37,270 nucleotides of DNA, taken from positions 1 to 37,270 of the forward strand of contig CAVWIP010000009.1 of NCBI GenBank assembly GCA_963755125.1, in the 5' to 3' direction. This document shows positions 9,844-19,408 of the stretch, piece by piece. Position numbers and translations under genes: made by a program. Below the pieces are notes generated by a model, which saw only the letters and a list, made by a program, of their open reading frames with translations, was not told where the DNA came from and searched no databases. Source of the stretch: an uncultured delta proteobacterium. GTDB lineage: Bacteria > Myxococcota_A > Polyangia > Fen-1088. The stretch's first letter is position 1, and every line of letters begins with the position of its first letter.

Positions 9844-12800
9844 TCATCTAAAATCGTGGGAGATGTCGCGAGCGGCCTTGGCGCTGTCCAGGGGCCAGAA
9901 GCGATCGGCTTTGAGTGAGGTCACGCCCTGGTTCTGCTGGACCACACCGCCGATGACCAAGGCGCGAGCGCTGACCAGCACGGCGCGATGCTCGTCGAAG
10001 TGGGCCGCAGACACGATGGCGTTGGCGAAGCCGGTTTCGTCCTCGATGGTCACGAACACGAATCCCTTGGCCGCGGACGGTCGCTGGCGCACAATGACCA
10101 GCCCAGCCACCAGTGCGCGCTGGCCCTTCGCGGTCCGTTGCAGTTCACGCGCCGAGAGCACGCCTCGCGCTTGCAATCGTTGTCGCACGAACGACATGGG
10201 GTGTGGCCCGGCCGTCAGGCCCGTGCCACGGAAGTCAGCGGCGACCTCCTCGCCGGGGCTCATATCGGGCAAGGGGCTGTCTGTCTGCGCATCCCCGGAC
10301 TCCACACCGGCGAACAGCTCGCCCGAACGCCCGAACGCCTCCACTTGCCACATCACCTGCCGGCGCGTGCCGCCCAGGGCCGCGAAGGCGCCGACCTCGG
10401 CCAGCGTGGTGCGTTCACCAGCGTTCAACTCCACACGGCGGCAAAGATCGCCCAGGGACGAGAAAGGACGAGCCGCTGTCAACCGTTGGGCCACCTCAGC
10501 ACGCAGCCCGCGCAGGTACTTCAGTCCCAAACGGACGGCGGCAACCGGAGCGCCGCGACCCTTGGGACTTGGCACGTCCTCCAGGGTGCAGGCCCATTGC
10601 GAGCAGGTCACGTCCACTGGCAGGCAAGGGACCCCGTGGCGTTGAGCATCCTTGACCAGGGTGGCCGGGTGATAGAAGCCCATCGGAAGATTGTTCAGCA
10701 GCGCGCAGGTGAAGGCAGCAGCGTGATGTGCCTTGAGATAGGCCGAGGCGTAGGCGATGAGCGCGAACGAGGCTGCGTGTGATTCCGGGAACCCATAAAG
10801 CGCGAACGACTTGATCCCCTGGACGATCTCCTCCTGCGCCTCGCGGGCAATGCCCTTGCAAGACATGCCGGCCCGAAGCTCGGCTTCGATGACTTTCATG
10901 CGCTCGACTGATCGTTTGAAACCCATTGCCCGCCGCAACTCTTCTGCTTGACCGCCACTGAACCCGGCCGCAGTCATGGCCATTCGGATCAGTTGTTCTT
11001 GAAACAGGGGGATGCCCAACGTGCGCCGCAAGATAGGCTCCAGTGAAGGGTGCGGATAGCGCACGGGCTGTTGGCCGCTACGCCGGGCCAGGTACGGATT
11101 CACCATCTTCCCGACGATGGGGCCGGGGCGAATGATGGCCACCTCGACTACCAGATCGTAGAAGCGTTCGGGCCGCATGCGCGGCAGCGTGGCCATCTGC
11201 GCGCGGGACTCGACCTGGAACACACCCACCGTGTCGGCCGCGCGGAGCATGCGGTATACGGCTGGATCGTCCGGCGGCAGGTGGGCGTAGTCGATCTCGA
11301 TGCCATGGTGGGCACGCAAGAGCGCAGCTGATTCCTCCAGCACGGCCAGCATGCCCAGACCCAGCAGATCCACCTTGACGATGCCCAGATCGGCGCAGTC
11401 GTCCTTATCCCATTGCACAACCACTCGGCCGGGCATCCGTGCCGGCTCCAGCGGCACGATCTCGTCGAGGCGGCCGGCGGCAATCACCATGCCGCCCGAG
11501 TGTTGCCCCAGATGGCGGGGGAGATTCAGCATCGAGGTGGCGATATCGGCCAGCAGGTGGGTCCGGGTATCGGCGGGGGGAAAGCCAGCTTCCGCGATGA
11601 AGGCGTCGAGCGGTCTGTCCTCAGGCACAATCCAGCTCGGCAGGTGACGGGCGATACGATCCAGTTGCTCCTCGGCAAAACCCAGGGCGCGGCCACAGTC
11701 GCGTACCGCCAGGCGCGGCCGGTAGCAGATCACGTTGGCGGTCATGGCAGTGCCGTGGGCGCCGTACTTTCGGTACACGTACTGAATCACGGCCTCGCGC
11801 TGTCCGCCTGATGGAAGATCCAGGTCAATGTCCGGCATGCGATCGGTCGCGTTGCTCGCGCTCTTGACTCGCTCCTCGGACAGGAAGCGCTCGAACAGCA
11901 GTTCCATGCCCACGGGATCGACGGCGGTGATGCCGAGGGCATAGCAAGTGGCGCTGTTGGCGGCCGAACCGCGCCCCTGCACCATGATGCCTCGGTCGCG
12001 CGCGAACCGCACGATGTCCCAGACCACCAAGAAGTAACCGGCTAGATTCAGCTTTCCGATTACAGTCAGCTCGTGTTCGAGCTGGGCACGCACCTTGGCG
12101 GTCACGGGACGGTAGCGCCCGGCAGCGCCCTGCCAGGTCATCTGTTCAAGGAAACTCTGCTGTGTCTCGCCCACGGGCACGGGATAGCGTGGGAAGGTGT
12201 AGCCGAGGTCGGCCAGGGTAAAAGCACAACGCTCGGCGATCTCGCGGGTTGCGTGCAGCGCCGCCGGTAGGTCGCGAAAAAGTGCAGCCATCTCTGCGGG
12301 ACGCTTGAGGAAGCGTTCGGCGTTGCAAGGCAGGCGACGCCCAATCTCGTCCACAGTAAGACCGGTGCGCATGCAGGTCAGCACGTCATGAACAGGCCGG
12401 AGCTGGGCTAAGGCGTAGCGCACGTCGTTTGTAGCCACGACTGGCAGGTGGTGCGCGGCTGCCAGGGCCAGCACGGCCCGATTGCGATGCTCCTGCACGG
12501 CATCCAGGTGGCGTTGCACCTCCAGGTACAGATGCCCAGCAGGAAAAACGGCGGTCAGTTCAGCCACATCATCACGCGGGCTCGCACCGGCGAGTGCGAT
12601 CAGTCCATCGGCATGCGAAGCCAGCAGCGTGTGGCTGGCCGTCCCCTCTCCTTTGGGCCGTCCCGCCTTCATAGCCGTGAGCAGGCGACACAGGTTGCGG
12701 TAGCCGGTGCGGTTTTCCACGAGCAGCAGCAAGGGTGGTACCTGCGTCCCTGGCACTTCGATCGCGATCTCCGCTCCCACGATGGGTTGCAGACCCAGTT

Positions 12801-12990
12801 TGCGCGCCGCTTTGAAGAAGCGTGGCGCACCGGAGAGACCACCGCGATCGGAAAGGGCAAGCGCATGGTGTCCCAGGCAGGCGGCCGTCTCGGCCAGATC
12901 CTCCGGCAGAGAGGCACCGTCGAGGAAGCTGAAGGCCGAGCGGCAGCGCAGCTCAACGTAGGGTGGGAAAGAGTCAGTCATAGTAGCCAT
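9844..12990 (-). CDS. dnaE2: Error-prone DNA polymerase DnaE2 (ImuC)
   Basis: PHP domain (SAFSFLDGAS), GRGSAANS, PDIDLD, HLGQHSGG, YGFPESHA, OB fold, C-terminal SHDFR; start at 12990 or 12981, overlapping the imuB stop. Confidence 0.97.
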   Translation of the reverse strand: MATMTDSFPPYVELRCRSAFSFLDGASLPEDLAETAACLGHHALALSDRGGLSGAPRFFKAARKLGLQPIVGAEIAIEVPGTQVPPLLLLVENRTGYRNLCRLLTAMKAGRPKGEGTASHTLLASHADGLIALAGASPRDDVAELTAVFPAGHLYLEVQRHLDAVQEHRNRAVLALAAAHHLPVVATNDVRYALAQLRPVHDVLTCMRTGLTVDEIGRRLPCNAERFLKRPAEMAALFRDLPAALHATREIAERCAFTLADLGYTFPRYPVPVGETQQSFLEQMTWQGAAGRYRPVTAKVRAQLEHELTVIGKLNLAGYFLVVWDIVRFARDRGIMVQGRGSAANSATCYALGITAVDPVGMELLFERFLSEERVKSASNATDRMPDIDLDLPSGGQREAVIQYVYRKYGAHGTAMTANVICYRPRLAVRDCGRALGFAEEQLDRIARHLPSWIVPEDRPLDAFIAEAGFPPADTRTHLLADIATSMLNLPRHLGQHSGGMVIAAGRLDEIVPLEPARMPGRVVVQWDKDDCADLGIVKVDLLGLGMLAVLEESAALLRAHHGIEIDYAHLPPDDPAVYRMLRAADTVGVFQVESRAQMATLPRMRPERFYDLVVEVAIIRPGPIVGKMVNPYLARRSGQQPVRYPHPSLEPILRRTLGIPLFQEQLIRMAMTAAGFSGGQAEELRRAMGFKRSVERMKVIEAELRAGMSCKGIAREAQEEIVQGIKSFALYGFPESHAASFALIAYASAYLKAHHAAAFTCALLNNLPMGFYHPATLVKDAQRHGVPCLPVDVTCSQWACTLEDVPSPKGRGAPVAAVRLGLKYLRGLRAEVAQRLTAARPFSSLGDLCRRVELNAGERTTLAEVGAFAALGGTRRQVMWQVEAFGRSGELFAGVESGDAQTDSPLPDMSPGEEVAADFRGTGLTAGPHPMSFVRQRLQARGVLSARELQRTAKGQRALVAGLVIVRQRPSAAKGFVFVTIEDETGFANAIVSAAHFDEHRAVLVSARALVIGGVVQQNQGVTSLKADRFWPLDSAKAARDISHDFR

Positions 12991-14452
12991 CCAGGAACCA
13001 CTTCTCGCCATCCTGGTGCATGCGATACACGGCACCGTCCGAAGCGTGGACATCCCAATACTCACGGTGGAATGCCTTGCCGGTCCACCATTCCCCGCTG
13101 ATGCGGTAGGGACCCGCGGCGATCAGGATGCGCGCCACGGTCTCCTTTCCGCGAAACGCCGAAGGACCGTTGCGCTCCATGAGCACTTCCACTTCTTGCG
13201 GCGGGCGGAAACGGCGCATAGCCAGCGCCCCCACATCGCTGGAGCTGCCGCGAACTGTGTGCATCTCGCCAGCACCCAGGGACGGCAGATCGAGTGCCGT
13301 CACTTCCTCTCGCCATGTGTCCGCGACTCGCGGCGTTCCCACGTGTTCGGGTCCTACCAGGGCGCTCAGTCGCGCCAAGGTGGCTGCCAGCCGGTCCGGG
13401 GCCGGTCCATTGGGACGAAAGATGTCGAGCTGAGTCGCACGCACCCGCGCCGGAAAGACCAGAATGGTCATCCCCGTCACGGGTGCCGAGGGTGCACGGC
13501 GCGACAACTCCAGCCGGACGAGTTGCAACAGAATCCCCGCCTCCCGAGTGGGCGATTGCAGCGCCACCTCGCGTATCTCGAAGCTGTGCGGTTCCACCGT
13601 GAGACGCAAGGTCAGCCCGGCGCACGCCAACCCGCGACATGCCAGCCGTGCCAACGCCCGATCGATCAGCCCGCGCAGCACGAAGACAAGGGGATCGAGC
13701 GAGTCGAGGGCGTAGTCGAGTTCGGTGCCTTCCTCGACGGCATCGGCCGGCGCTTGTGGCAAGAACGCCTCGTCGTCTTGAGCACGCGCCAGCCGCACCA
13801 GCCGCGCCCCGGCCGCGCCCATTCGCACGGCCACGTCCTCTGGGCGCAGACAGGCGAGCTCTCCCACCGTGCGCAATCCCCAGCGCGCAAGCGCCCCGCT
13901 GATTTCAGGGGCGGGTGCCAGCATGGCCAGCGGCAACGGCGCCAGGAAGGCGCGGGCCGCTGCCGGCGCCGGGGGCACAATGGCAACCTCGGCTGTGCGG
14001 CACGCGATGCGCGCCAGACCCTTGGAGGTGGCGATACCCACGCGCACCTCCAGCCCTAGCCGAGCGGCGCGCGCCCGCACAGCGTGGGCCACAGCGGACA
14101 GATCCGGGTAGAGCTGACCCAGATCTCCAGCCTGGAAGAAGACCCGCTCAGGCTCTGTATCGACCCTTGGCGCAAACCCCAGACCCAGATCGGCCAGCGC
14201 TGCCGCAGCCGCGTCCACATCGGGCTGGCCCGCCGTCACCACACGTAGAGAAGGTAGCGCGGCCAACGCTTGTGCCACGGTCATGCCTGGACGGACGCTC
14301 GCAGCAGCAGCCGTCACGGCCAGCACCGGCGCGCGTCCTCCAACTCCCGCAGCGAGCGCGAACGGCCCCGCGCGCTCTCCCACATCGGCGAGACCGCGCA
14401 ACACCGCCTGCAACGCGATGTCGGGGGCATGAACGCACGCAATGCTGGACAT
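12974..14452 (-). CDS. imuB: ImuB, Y-family polymerase-like mutasome subunit
   Basis: GMTVAQA, WGLRTVGEL, QLDIF clamp-binding motif, GPYRISGEWW, REYW, WFLDGYYD; lies between imuA and dnaE2. Confidence 0.93.
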   Translation of the reverse strand: MSSIACVHAPDIALQAVLRGLADVGERAGPFALAAGVGGRAPVLAVTAAAASVRPGMTVAQALAALPSLRVVTAGQPDVDAAAAALADLGLGFAPRVDTEPERVFFQAGDLGQLYPDLSAVAHAVRARAARLGLEVRVGIATSKGLARIACRTAEVAIVPPAPAAARAFLAPLPLAMLAPAPEISGALARWGLRTVGELACLRPEDVAVRMGAAGARLVRLARAQDDEAFLPQAPADAVEEGTELDYALDSLDPLVFVLRGLIDRALARLACRGLACAGLTLRLTVEPHSFEIREVALQSPTREAGILLQLVRLELSRRAPSAPVTGMTILVFPARVRATQLDIFRPNGPAPDRLAATLARLSALVGPEHVGTPRVADTWREEVTALDLPSLGAGEMHTVRGSSSDVGALAMRRFRPPQEVEVLMERNGPSAFRGKETVARILIAAGPYRISGEWWTGKAFHREYWDVHASDGAVYRMHQDGEKWFLDGYYD

Positions 14453-14476
14453 GCGAACCTCGCGCGAGCGCGTCTA

Positions 14477-15265
14477 TCACTTGCGCCGCGACTGCGGCCG
14501 GGGCCCGTCCGGTGGGGCCTCGTCGTTGTAAGGCAGTGGCGCCATCACCGAGAACTCAATGGAAAAATGGTCGGCACCATCAGCGGGCGTGCGGCCACGG
14601 CTGAGTACGACGTTGCTTCGCAGCCCGGTCAACAGTGGAGGAGCCGCGCTACAAACGCGAATGCTGCGTTTGGAATCTTGTCGCTCGCCGAAGTCCACAC
14701 CCTGCCGGGACAGGATCACCGCCACCGAGGCGAAGGAGCGAACCAGAGGCGAGGCCGCTACCACTAGCGCCACCGTCCGCTGGCGCTCTGCCCCGTGGCG
14801 CAGCCGCACCCACGCAGCGTCGGGCAACCGTGGATTCTTGTCGCCGATGTCCACCGCGACCAGATCGAATCCCCCGGCGTCGATCAACAACTCAGCGGCG
14901 CGCAGTGCGTGCGTGCCAGGTGCATGCACCCACAACAAGCGCGCGAGCGGCACGCCGGCCCGAGCCGCCAGCCGGGCATCAAAAGCCTGCTCGGCGTCCA
15001 CCAGCGCCGCAGCGCCGCCGCTGTTCAGCGTACCCGCCAGCGAGGCGTACAGGATCGATGTCTTGCCTGACGAGCGCGGCCCGGCCAGTTCGCTCACCAC
15101 GCCGCGCGGCCAGCCTCCGCCCAAGAACGCGTCCAGCCGGGGCAGGGCCGTTGCCACGACCCCGCGCTTGTCCCCGCCTTTCTCTTCCAGGCGACGCGCC
15201 GGGATGAGATGAGCCGACAATGCAGCCGGAAGCAGGTCGAGCAAGGTTGCAGCAGCCACGATCAA
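14477..15265 (-). CDS. imuA: ImuA, RecA-like mutasome subunit
   Basis: LDAFLGGGWPRGVVSELAGPRSSGKTS, AALVD, GGFDLVAVD; first gene of the cassette; the start may be GTG 15259. Confidence 0.88.
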   Translation of the reverse strand: MIVAAATLLDLLPAALSAHLIPARRLEEKGGDKRGVVATALPRLDAFLGGGWPRGVVSELAGPRSSGKTSILYASLAGTLNSGGAAALVDAEQAFDARLAARAGVPLARLLWVHAPGTHALRAAELLIDAGGFDLVAVDIGDKNPRLPDAAWVRLRHGAERQRTVALVVAASPLVRSFASVAVILSRQGVDFGERQDSKRSIRVCSAAPPLLTGLRSNVVLSRGRTPADGADHFSIEFSVMAPLPYNDEAPPDGPRPQSRRK

Positions 15266-15267
15266 GT

Positions 15268-15296
15268 AGGCTAGCTGAACACCCGTTCAGTATCAA
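15268..15296 (-). promoter_or_regulatory. imuA promoter with a LexA (SOS) box in the -35/-10 spacer
   Basis: TTGATA-N17-TAGCCT; the spacer holds the palindrome CTGAAC-ACCC-GTTCAG (15275-15290), matching the M. xanthus consensus CTRHAMRYBYGTTCAGS at 16 of 17 positions. Confidence 0.88.
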
Positions 15297-15333
15297 GTTC
15301 ACCCTCGTAAAGCGGCCGTTCACCGAGGCCCAG

Positions 15334-15503
15334 CTAGAACAAGCGCATCTGGCCACCCTGCGGTGGAGCCATCAGACACGCCGGATCGTCATTGCGAACC
15401 GAGTTCACGCGAAGGGAAACCGGTGTCGCCACCAGCAGGTTGTCAGGCGCTGGGTGCAGGAGATGCTGGTCAGGTTTCGCCAGCCACCCCACAGCCTCCC
15501 CGG
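15334..15503 (-). pseudogene. C-terminal fragment of an SOS response-associated peptidase (SRAP/YedK)
   Basis: WLAKPDQHLLHPAPDNLLVATPVSLRVNSVRNDDPACL...QMRLF resembles the SRAP C-terminus (PVS.RVN..RNDDP); truncated at the element. Confidence 0.8.
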
Positions 15504-15653
15504 CTGGAACCAATCTTTGAAAACGGCGGGTCAGCGATACTGATGAGCGCGGCGACATTCTTGCCCAGCTGCTCGATTTCGTTGGACTTACCCTGCAAGA
15601 GCGGCCGCGCTGAGCGCGGCCGAAATCCCGCGCTACCGAGAGATCATCTCCAC
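15504..15653. repeat. ~150-bp palindromic dispersed element, subtype B, copy 1
   Basis: Near-identical to 29017-29165; ends are CTGGAACCAATC and GATCATCTCCAc; hairpin CGGCCGCGCT-G-AGCGCGGCCG. Confidence 0.92.
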
Positions 15654-15906
15654 GCTCAGCAGCAAATGCACATGATCAGGCGATACGTGCCCTCGCAGTA
15701 TCTCGATCTCGTTCACCTTGCAGATCTCCCGTATCAATTCCCGCAACCGCACCGCCACCTCCCCTCGCATGACCGGTCTGCGGTACTTCGTTGTGAACAC
15801 TACGTGGTAGTGCAACAGATACACCGTGTGCGAACCCTTCCGGTATGTCGTCACACCTCATCGTACCGCAGACCTCCTAAAGGCTTCGCCTCAAAGGCGA
15901 GGGCTT
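15654..15906 (-). mobile_element. tnpA: Truncated IS200/IS605 element: 5' half of tnpA (15654-15854) and subterminal hairpin (~15879-15906)
   Basis: SHTVYLLHYHVVFTTKYRR...DHVHLL (HUH motif); the catalytic-Tyr half is missing; hairpin CTTCGCCT-CAA-AGGCGAGG upstream. Confidence 0.9.
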
Positions 15907-15928
15907 CCACCCTCCCCGAGGACGTACA

Positions 15929-16489
15929 GTGAGCGCGACCGGCCTCGTCCCGCTGGAACGGGTGGAGCGGACGATCCTCGTCCTGCGCGGGCGCAGGGTG
16001 ATCCTCGATTCCGACCTGGCCGCTTTGTACGGCGTGACGGTGAGCCGCTTCAACGAGCAGGTGAAACGAAACGCGAAGCGCTTCCCGGAAGATTTCGCCT
16101 TCGTCCTGACCAAGGAAGAGTACGAGGCTTTAAGATCGCAAATTGCGATCTTAAAGCCCGGTCGAGGCGGGCACCGGAAGTACCTGCCAACCGCATTCAC
16201 CGAGCACGGGGCGGTCATGGCCGCATCCGTGCTGAACTCGCCCAAAGCCGTCGAGATGAGCGTCGAGGTGGTTCGCGCCTTCGTCAGGCTCCGGGGATTC
16301 CTGGCATCCCATCACCAGCTGGCCGCCAAGCTGGACGAGCTGGAGCGCAAGATCTCAACCCACGACACCCACATCGTGGCTCTGTTCGACGCCGTGCGCA
16401 GCTTGATGGCCACGCCGGAGAGGCCCAAGCGGCGGATCGGGTTCCAGGTCAAAGGCAGGGGCTTGCCGCCCACGCGGCCAAGTTCATAG
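15929..16489 (+). CDS. ORF6N domain DNA-binding protein
   Basis: LRGRRVILDSDLAALYGV, NEQVKRN..RFPEDF.F.LT, PTAFTEHGAVMAASVLNS, RAFVRLR, C-terminal RRIGF. Confidence 0.93.
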   Translation: MSATGLVPLERVERTILVLRGRRVILDSDLAALYGVTVSRFNEQVKRNAKRFPEDFAFVLTKEEYEALRSQIAILKPGRGGHRKYLPTAFTEHGAVMAASVLNSPKAVEMSVEVVRAFVRLRGFLASHHQLAAKLDELERKISTHDTHIVALFDAVRSLMATPERPKRRIGFQVKGRGLPPTRPSS

Positions 16490-16698
16490 GGATCTCGACG
16501 AAGCTGTCAGCGACTCGTTTGAAAGAGGCTGGTGGACTTGACGCAGATGCCCAGCCGTGCGCGGGCAGGGTCGAGCAGATTCTCGGCGCGAGTGGTCTTT
16601 GCCTTCGGATCATGGCGAACCACAGGTGGCGCACGCCTTCGCCGCTTTCGCACACAACCGAAGCCTCGCCAGCCGATTAGGGAGGCAGATGACCACTT

Positions 16699-16770
16699 CG
16701 TGCCCATTGCCGACCAAGGCCATGCCGGGTAGACACGACCCATGTCAGGTTGCGCCGACGCGCTCGTGAA
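16699..16770 (+). repeat. 72-bp direct repeat, copy 1 (sirtuin upstream region and first ~10 codons)
   Basis: Gapless match to 19305-19376, about 10 mismatches by manual count. Confidence 0.88.
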
Positions 16771-17566
16771 GGCGCTACGAGCCGCCCGCAGATCGTCGAT
16801 CGTGGTTACGACCGGCGCAGGCATCAGCCTGGCAAGCGGCATCCCGACCTTCCGCGGTCAAGATCCGGGCGCCGTGTGGAAGCGCGATGTGACGGAGCTG
16901 GGCACGTTTCGCTACTTCCGCGAAGATCCGGCCGGCTCATGGCGCTGGTATATGAGCCGTTTCGATCTTGTATTCGCTGCGCGTCCCAACGCTGCACACC
17001 AGGCCCTGGCGGCGCTGCAAACCTGGCAACTGGGCGCGGACGGCAGCTTCCTCCTCATCACCCAGAACATCGATATCCTGCATGAGCAAGCCGGGTCGCT
17101 CGACTTGGTCAAGGTGCATGGCAGCGCCGACCGGGTGCGCTGCGCGCGTGAAGGCTGCCTCCTCGGGGCGCCCAAAGGCTCGCTGGCGCGCGCGGAGGTG
17201 GATCTCGAAACGTTCGTGCGTGACCCGGTGGTGGAGAATCTGCCCCGCTGTCCCGCCTGCGGCGCTCTGCTGCGCCAGCATGTGCTGTGGTTCGATGAGT
17301 GCTACGACAGCCACGCCGACTACCAGTGGAATCGCGTGTGCGCCGCTGCTGCTCAGGCCGACCTGTTCATCTTCGTGGGCACCAGCTTCTCGGTGGGCGT
17401 GACCGAGCTGTTGGTGGAATCCGCGCTGTCACGGGGCAAGCCGGTCTTCTCCATTGACCCCCACGTGCCGGCACCGATCCCCGGCGTGATCGCGGTACGT
17501 GCCCCGTCGGAGACGCTTCTGCCCGAGGTGTTGCGTGACCTCGGGGTCTCGGGTCGGGCCTTCTGA
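16742..17566 (+). CDS. NAD-dependent deacylase, Sir2/CobB family
   Basis: TGAGISLASGIPTFRG, PNAAH, TQNID.LH..AGS, VHGS, zinc-binding Cys pairs, VLWFDE, VGTS. Confidence 0.93.
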   Translation: MSGCADALVKALRAARRSSIVVTTGAGISLASGIPTFRGQDPGAVWKRDVTELGTFRYFREDPAGSWRWYMSRFDLVFAARPNAAHQALAALQTWQLGADGSFLLITQNIDILHEQAGSLDLVKVHGSADRVRCAREGCLLGAPKGSLARAEVDLETFVRDPVVENLPRCPACGALLRQHVLWFDECYDSHADYQWNRVCAAAAQADLFIFVGTSFSVGVTELLVESALSRGKPVFSIDPHVPAPIPGVIAVRAPSETLLPEVLRDLGVSGRAF

Positions 17567-17582
17567 TATGGCAACCTGGAAG

Positions 17583-17680
17583 GGTTCGCTTCGCGCTTCG
17601 GCCCCCCATCCGCCACCTCCTCCCCGCTCGCTTCGCTCGGCCTCGCGCGATAGTGCGCCGCCAGCGAAGCCGGCGGGCTC
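17583..17680. repeat. REP-like stretch downstream of the sirtuin gene
   Basis: Repeated CGCTTCG(C) units and a complementary GCGAAGC. Confidence 0.3.
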
Positions 17681-17770
17681 ACCACGCGACTAGGCCGTCG
17701 GCGATCTCCCCTCTCTTTCCGCGTCAGTTGCAACATGGCCGCGTGGGACCCGCTCTCCCATCTCGCGGTT

Positions 17771-17921
17771 CGACACACCCGACACACCCGACACACCCGA
17801 CACGCTGCACTGGCTCACAATCCACACGTCGACGCCGGATCCGGCGGCGGATTTATCGTTTTCTGCGAAGGCGCCGGCTGTGGCATCCGTTGCGGCCGTG
17901 GCGGCTTTCATGGCGTGGTCG
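17771..17921. repeat. Orphan copy of the DUF3631 3' tail with 9-bp tandem repeats (CGACACACC x3+)
   Basis: Gapless similarity to 25145-25295 (offset 7,374). Confidence 0.88.
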
Positions 17922-18024
17922 CCTCTGGGGAGCGAGTTGGTCGCGCGAGCAGGCGCCGACCTCCGCACACAATTGGACTATTCGCCAGATCGTCGTCGGA
18001 TCTGGATCAAGCCGACACCATACC

Positions 18025-18053
18025 TTGCACTTTGATGATAATGACATCAAACT
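18025..18053 (+). promoter_or_regulatory. Promoter with an inverted-repeat operator before the first ATPase
   Basis: TTGCAC-N17-CAAACT, 7 nt before ATG 18061; overlaps TTTGATG-N7-CATCAAA (18031-18051). Confidence 0.6.
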
Positions 18054-18060
18054 GTAAGGT

Positions 18061-19293
18061 ATGTATGTTGGGCGAAGCGTCACAGACAAGCTCAAGAAGC
18101 TGGTCAAGGCGTTCCCCATCGTGGTGGTCAGCGGGGCGCGACAGGTGGGCAAGACCACCCTGCTGCGGCACGTCTTTCCCGACCTCGACTACGTGGCCTT
18201 CGATCCCAGCATGGACGTGGAGAACGCGCGCGCCGAACCGGACATCTTTCTGCACAACCATCGCCTGCCTCTGGTGCTGGACGAGATCCAGTACGCCCCG
18301 GAGCTTGTCTCTGCCATCAAGCGACAGGTTGACGAAGCCCAGGCCCGACCCGGGATGTTCCTGCTGACTGGGTCACAGCAGTGGCACGTCATGCGAGCGC
18401 TGGCTGAAAGCCTGGCCGGCCGCGTGGCCTTTCTAGATCTGCAAGGGTTCTCGATCCAAGAACTGGCGGCCGCGCAAACGGGCTGGCTTGGTCGCTGGAT
18501 GGACGATCCGGACGGGTTGCTTTCCTCTCGGCCGCCGGCCGCGACGTGGCCCGGGCGCACACTGTGGGAATGGCTGTGGCGCGGGGCTATGCCGGGCACG
18601 AGCGCGCTGGATGCTGACATGGTTCCGGATTTCTGGACCGGCTATCACCGCACCTACGTGGAACGCGACGCCCGCCTTGCCGGTTCCGTCGAGGATTGGC
18701 AACGCTTCGGACAGTTCCTCGGGCTGATGTCGGCGCTGACCGCCCAGGAAATTAACGCCAGCCAACTTGGACGCGACATCGGCATCACGCCGCAGACGGC
18801 GCGGCGCTGGCTGGCAATCCTGGCGGGCACCTTCCAATGGGTTGAGCACCCCGCGTTCGCTCGCAATGCCCTGAAGCGCGTGTCATCAAAGCCAAAGGGC
18901 TATCTGGCCGACACCGGCCTGGCCTGCTTCCACGCGCATATTTCCAGCCCCGCGTCCCTCGGCGGCCATCCCCTGGTCGGCGCTCTCTTTGAGACCTCAA
19001 TGGTGAACGAGATCCGCAAGCAGGCCGCAGCCCTCTCTGGCGGGGTCGCGTACTCGCACTGGCGCGCAGCCGGCGGCGCCGAAGTCGATCTGCTGCTCGA
19101 ACGGGATGGAGTGCTTTACCCGTTCGAGATCAAGCTGACCGCAAGTCCGTCGCGCCGGCATGCCTCGGGATTGGCCGCATTTCGCAAGGCGTACCCTGAC
19201 CGGCGCATCGCCAAGGGCGCCATCCTGTGCGCCACCCAACGCCCTTTCTGGGTGACCGAAGACGTCGCTGCCCTGCCCTGGAACCTTGTCTGA
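18061..19293 (+). CDS. AAA_14 + DUF4143 ATP-binding protein
   Basis: GARQVGKTT, LDEIQ, LTGS, ESLAGR, TYVERD, K.YLADTGLA, GALFE, EVDLL, FEIK. Confidence 0.93.
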   Translation: MYVGRSVTDKLKKLVKAFPIVVVSGARQVGKTTLLRHVFPDLDYVAFDPSMDVENARAEPDIFLHNHRLPLVLDEIQYAPELVSAIKRQVDEAQARPGMFLLTGSQQWHVMRALAESLAGRVAFLDLQGFSIQELAAAQTGWLGRWMDDPDGLLSSRPPAATWPGRTLWEWLWRGAMPGTSALDADMVPDFWTGYHRTYVERDARLAGSVEDWQRFGQFLGLMSALTAQEINASQLGRDIGITPQTARRWLAILAGTFQWVEHPAFARNALKRVSSKPKGYLADTGLACFHAHISSPASLGGHPLVGALFETSMVNEIRKQAAALSGGVAYSHWRAAGGAEVDLLLERDGVLYPFEIKLTASPSRRHASGLAAFRKAYPDRRIAKGAILCATQRPFWVTEDVAALPWNLV

Positions 19294-19304
19294 TTCTGGT
19301 TGTG

Positions 19305-19376
19305 CGTGCCAATTGCCGACCAGGGCACTGCCAGGTAGACACAACCCATGTCAAGTCGCGCCGATGCGGTCGTGAA
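19305..19376 (+). repeat. 72-bp direct repeat, copy 2 (truncated sirtuin 5' end)
   Basis: Matches 16699-16770; encodes MSSRADAVV versus MSGCADALV. Confidence 0.88.
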
Positions 19377-19408
19377 CCAACCTGTCCACGAAAGCGGATC
19401 AAGCCCAC

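Noticed and set aside
16590..16650. Possible Doc/Fic toxin remnant (FAFG/IMANH/RT/AFAA across frames)
   Set aside because: It needs two frameshifts and the core HPFxDGNKR motif is missing
16742..19293. Sir2-ATPase anti-phage system (Sir2-HerA/Thoeris-like)
   Set aside because: The sirtuin has canonical zinc-binding deacylase motifs, and the ATPase is ~500 bp away with its own promoter and is not HerA-like
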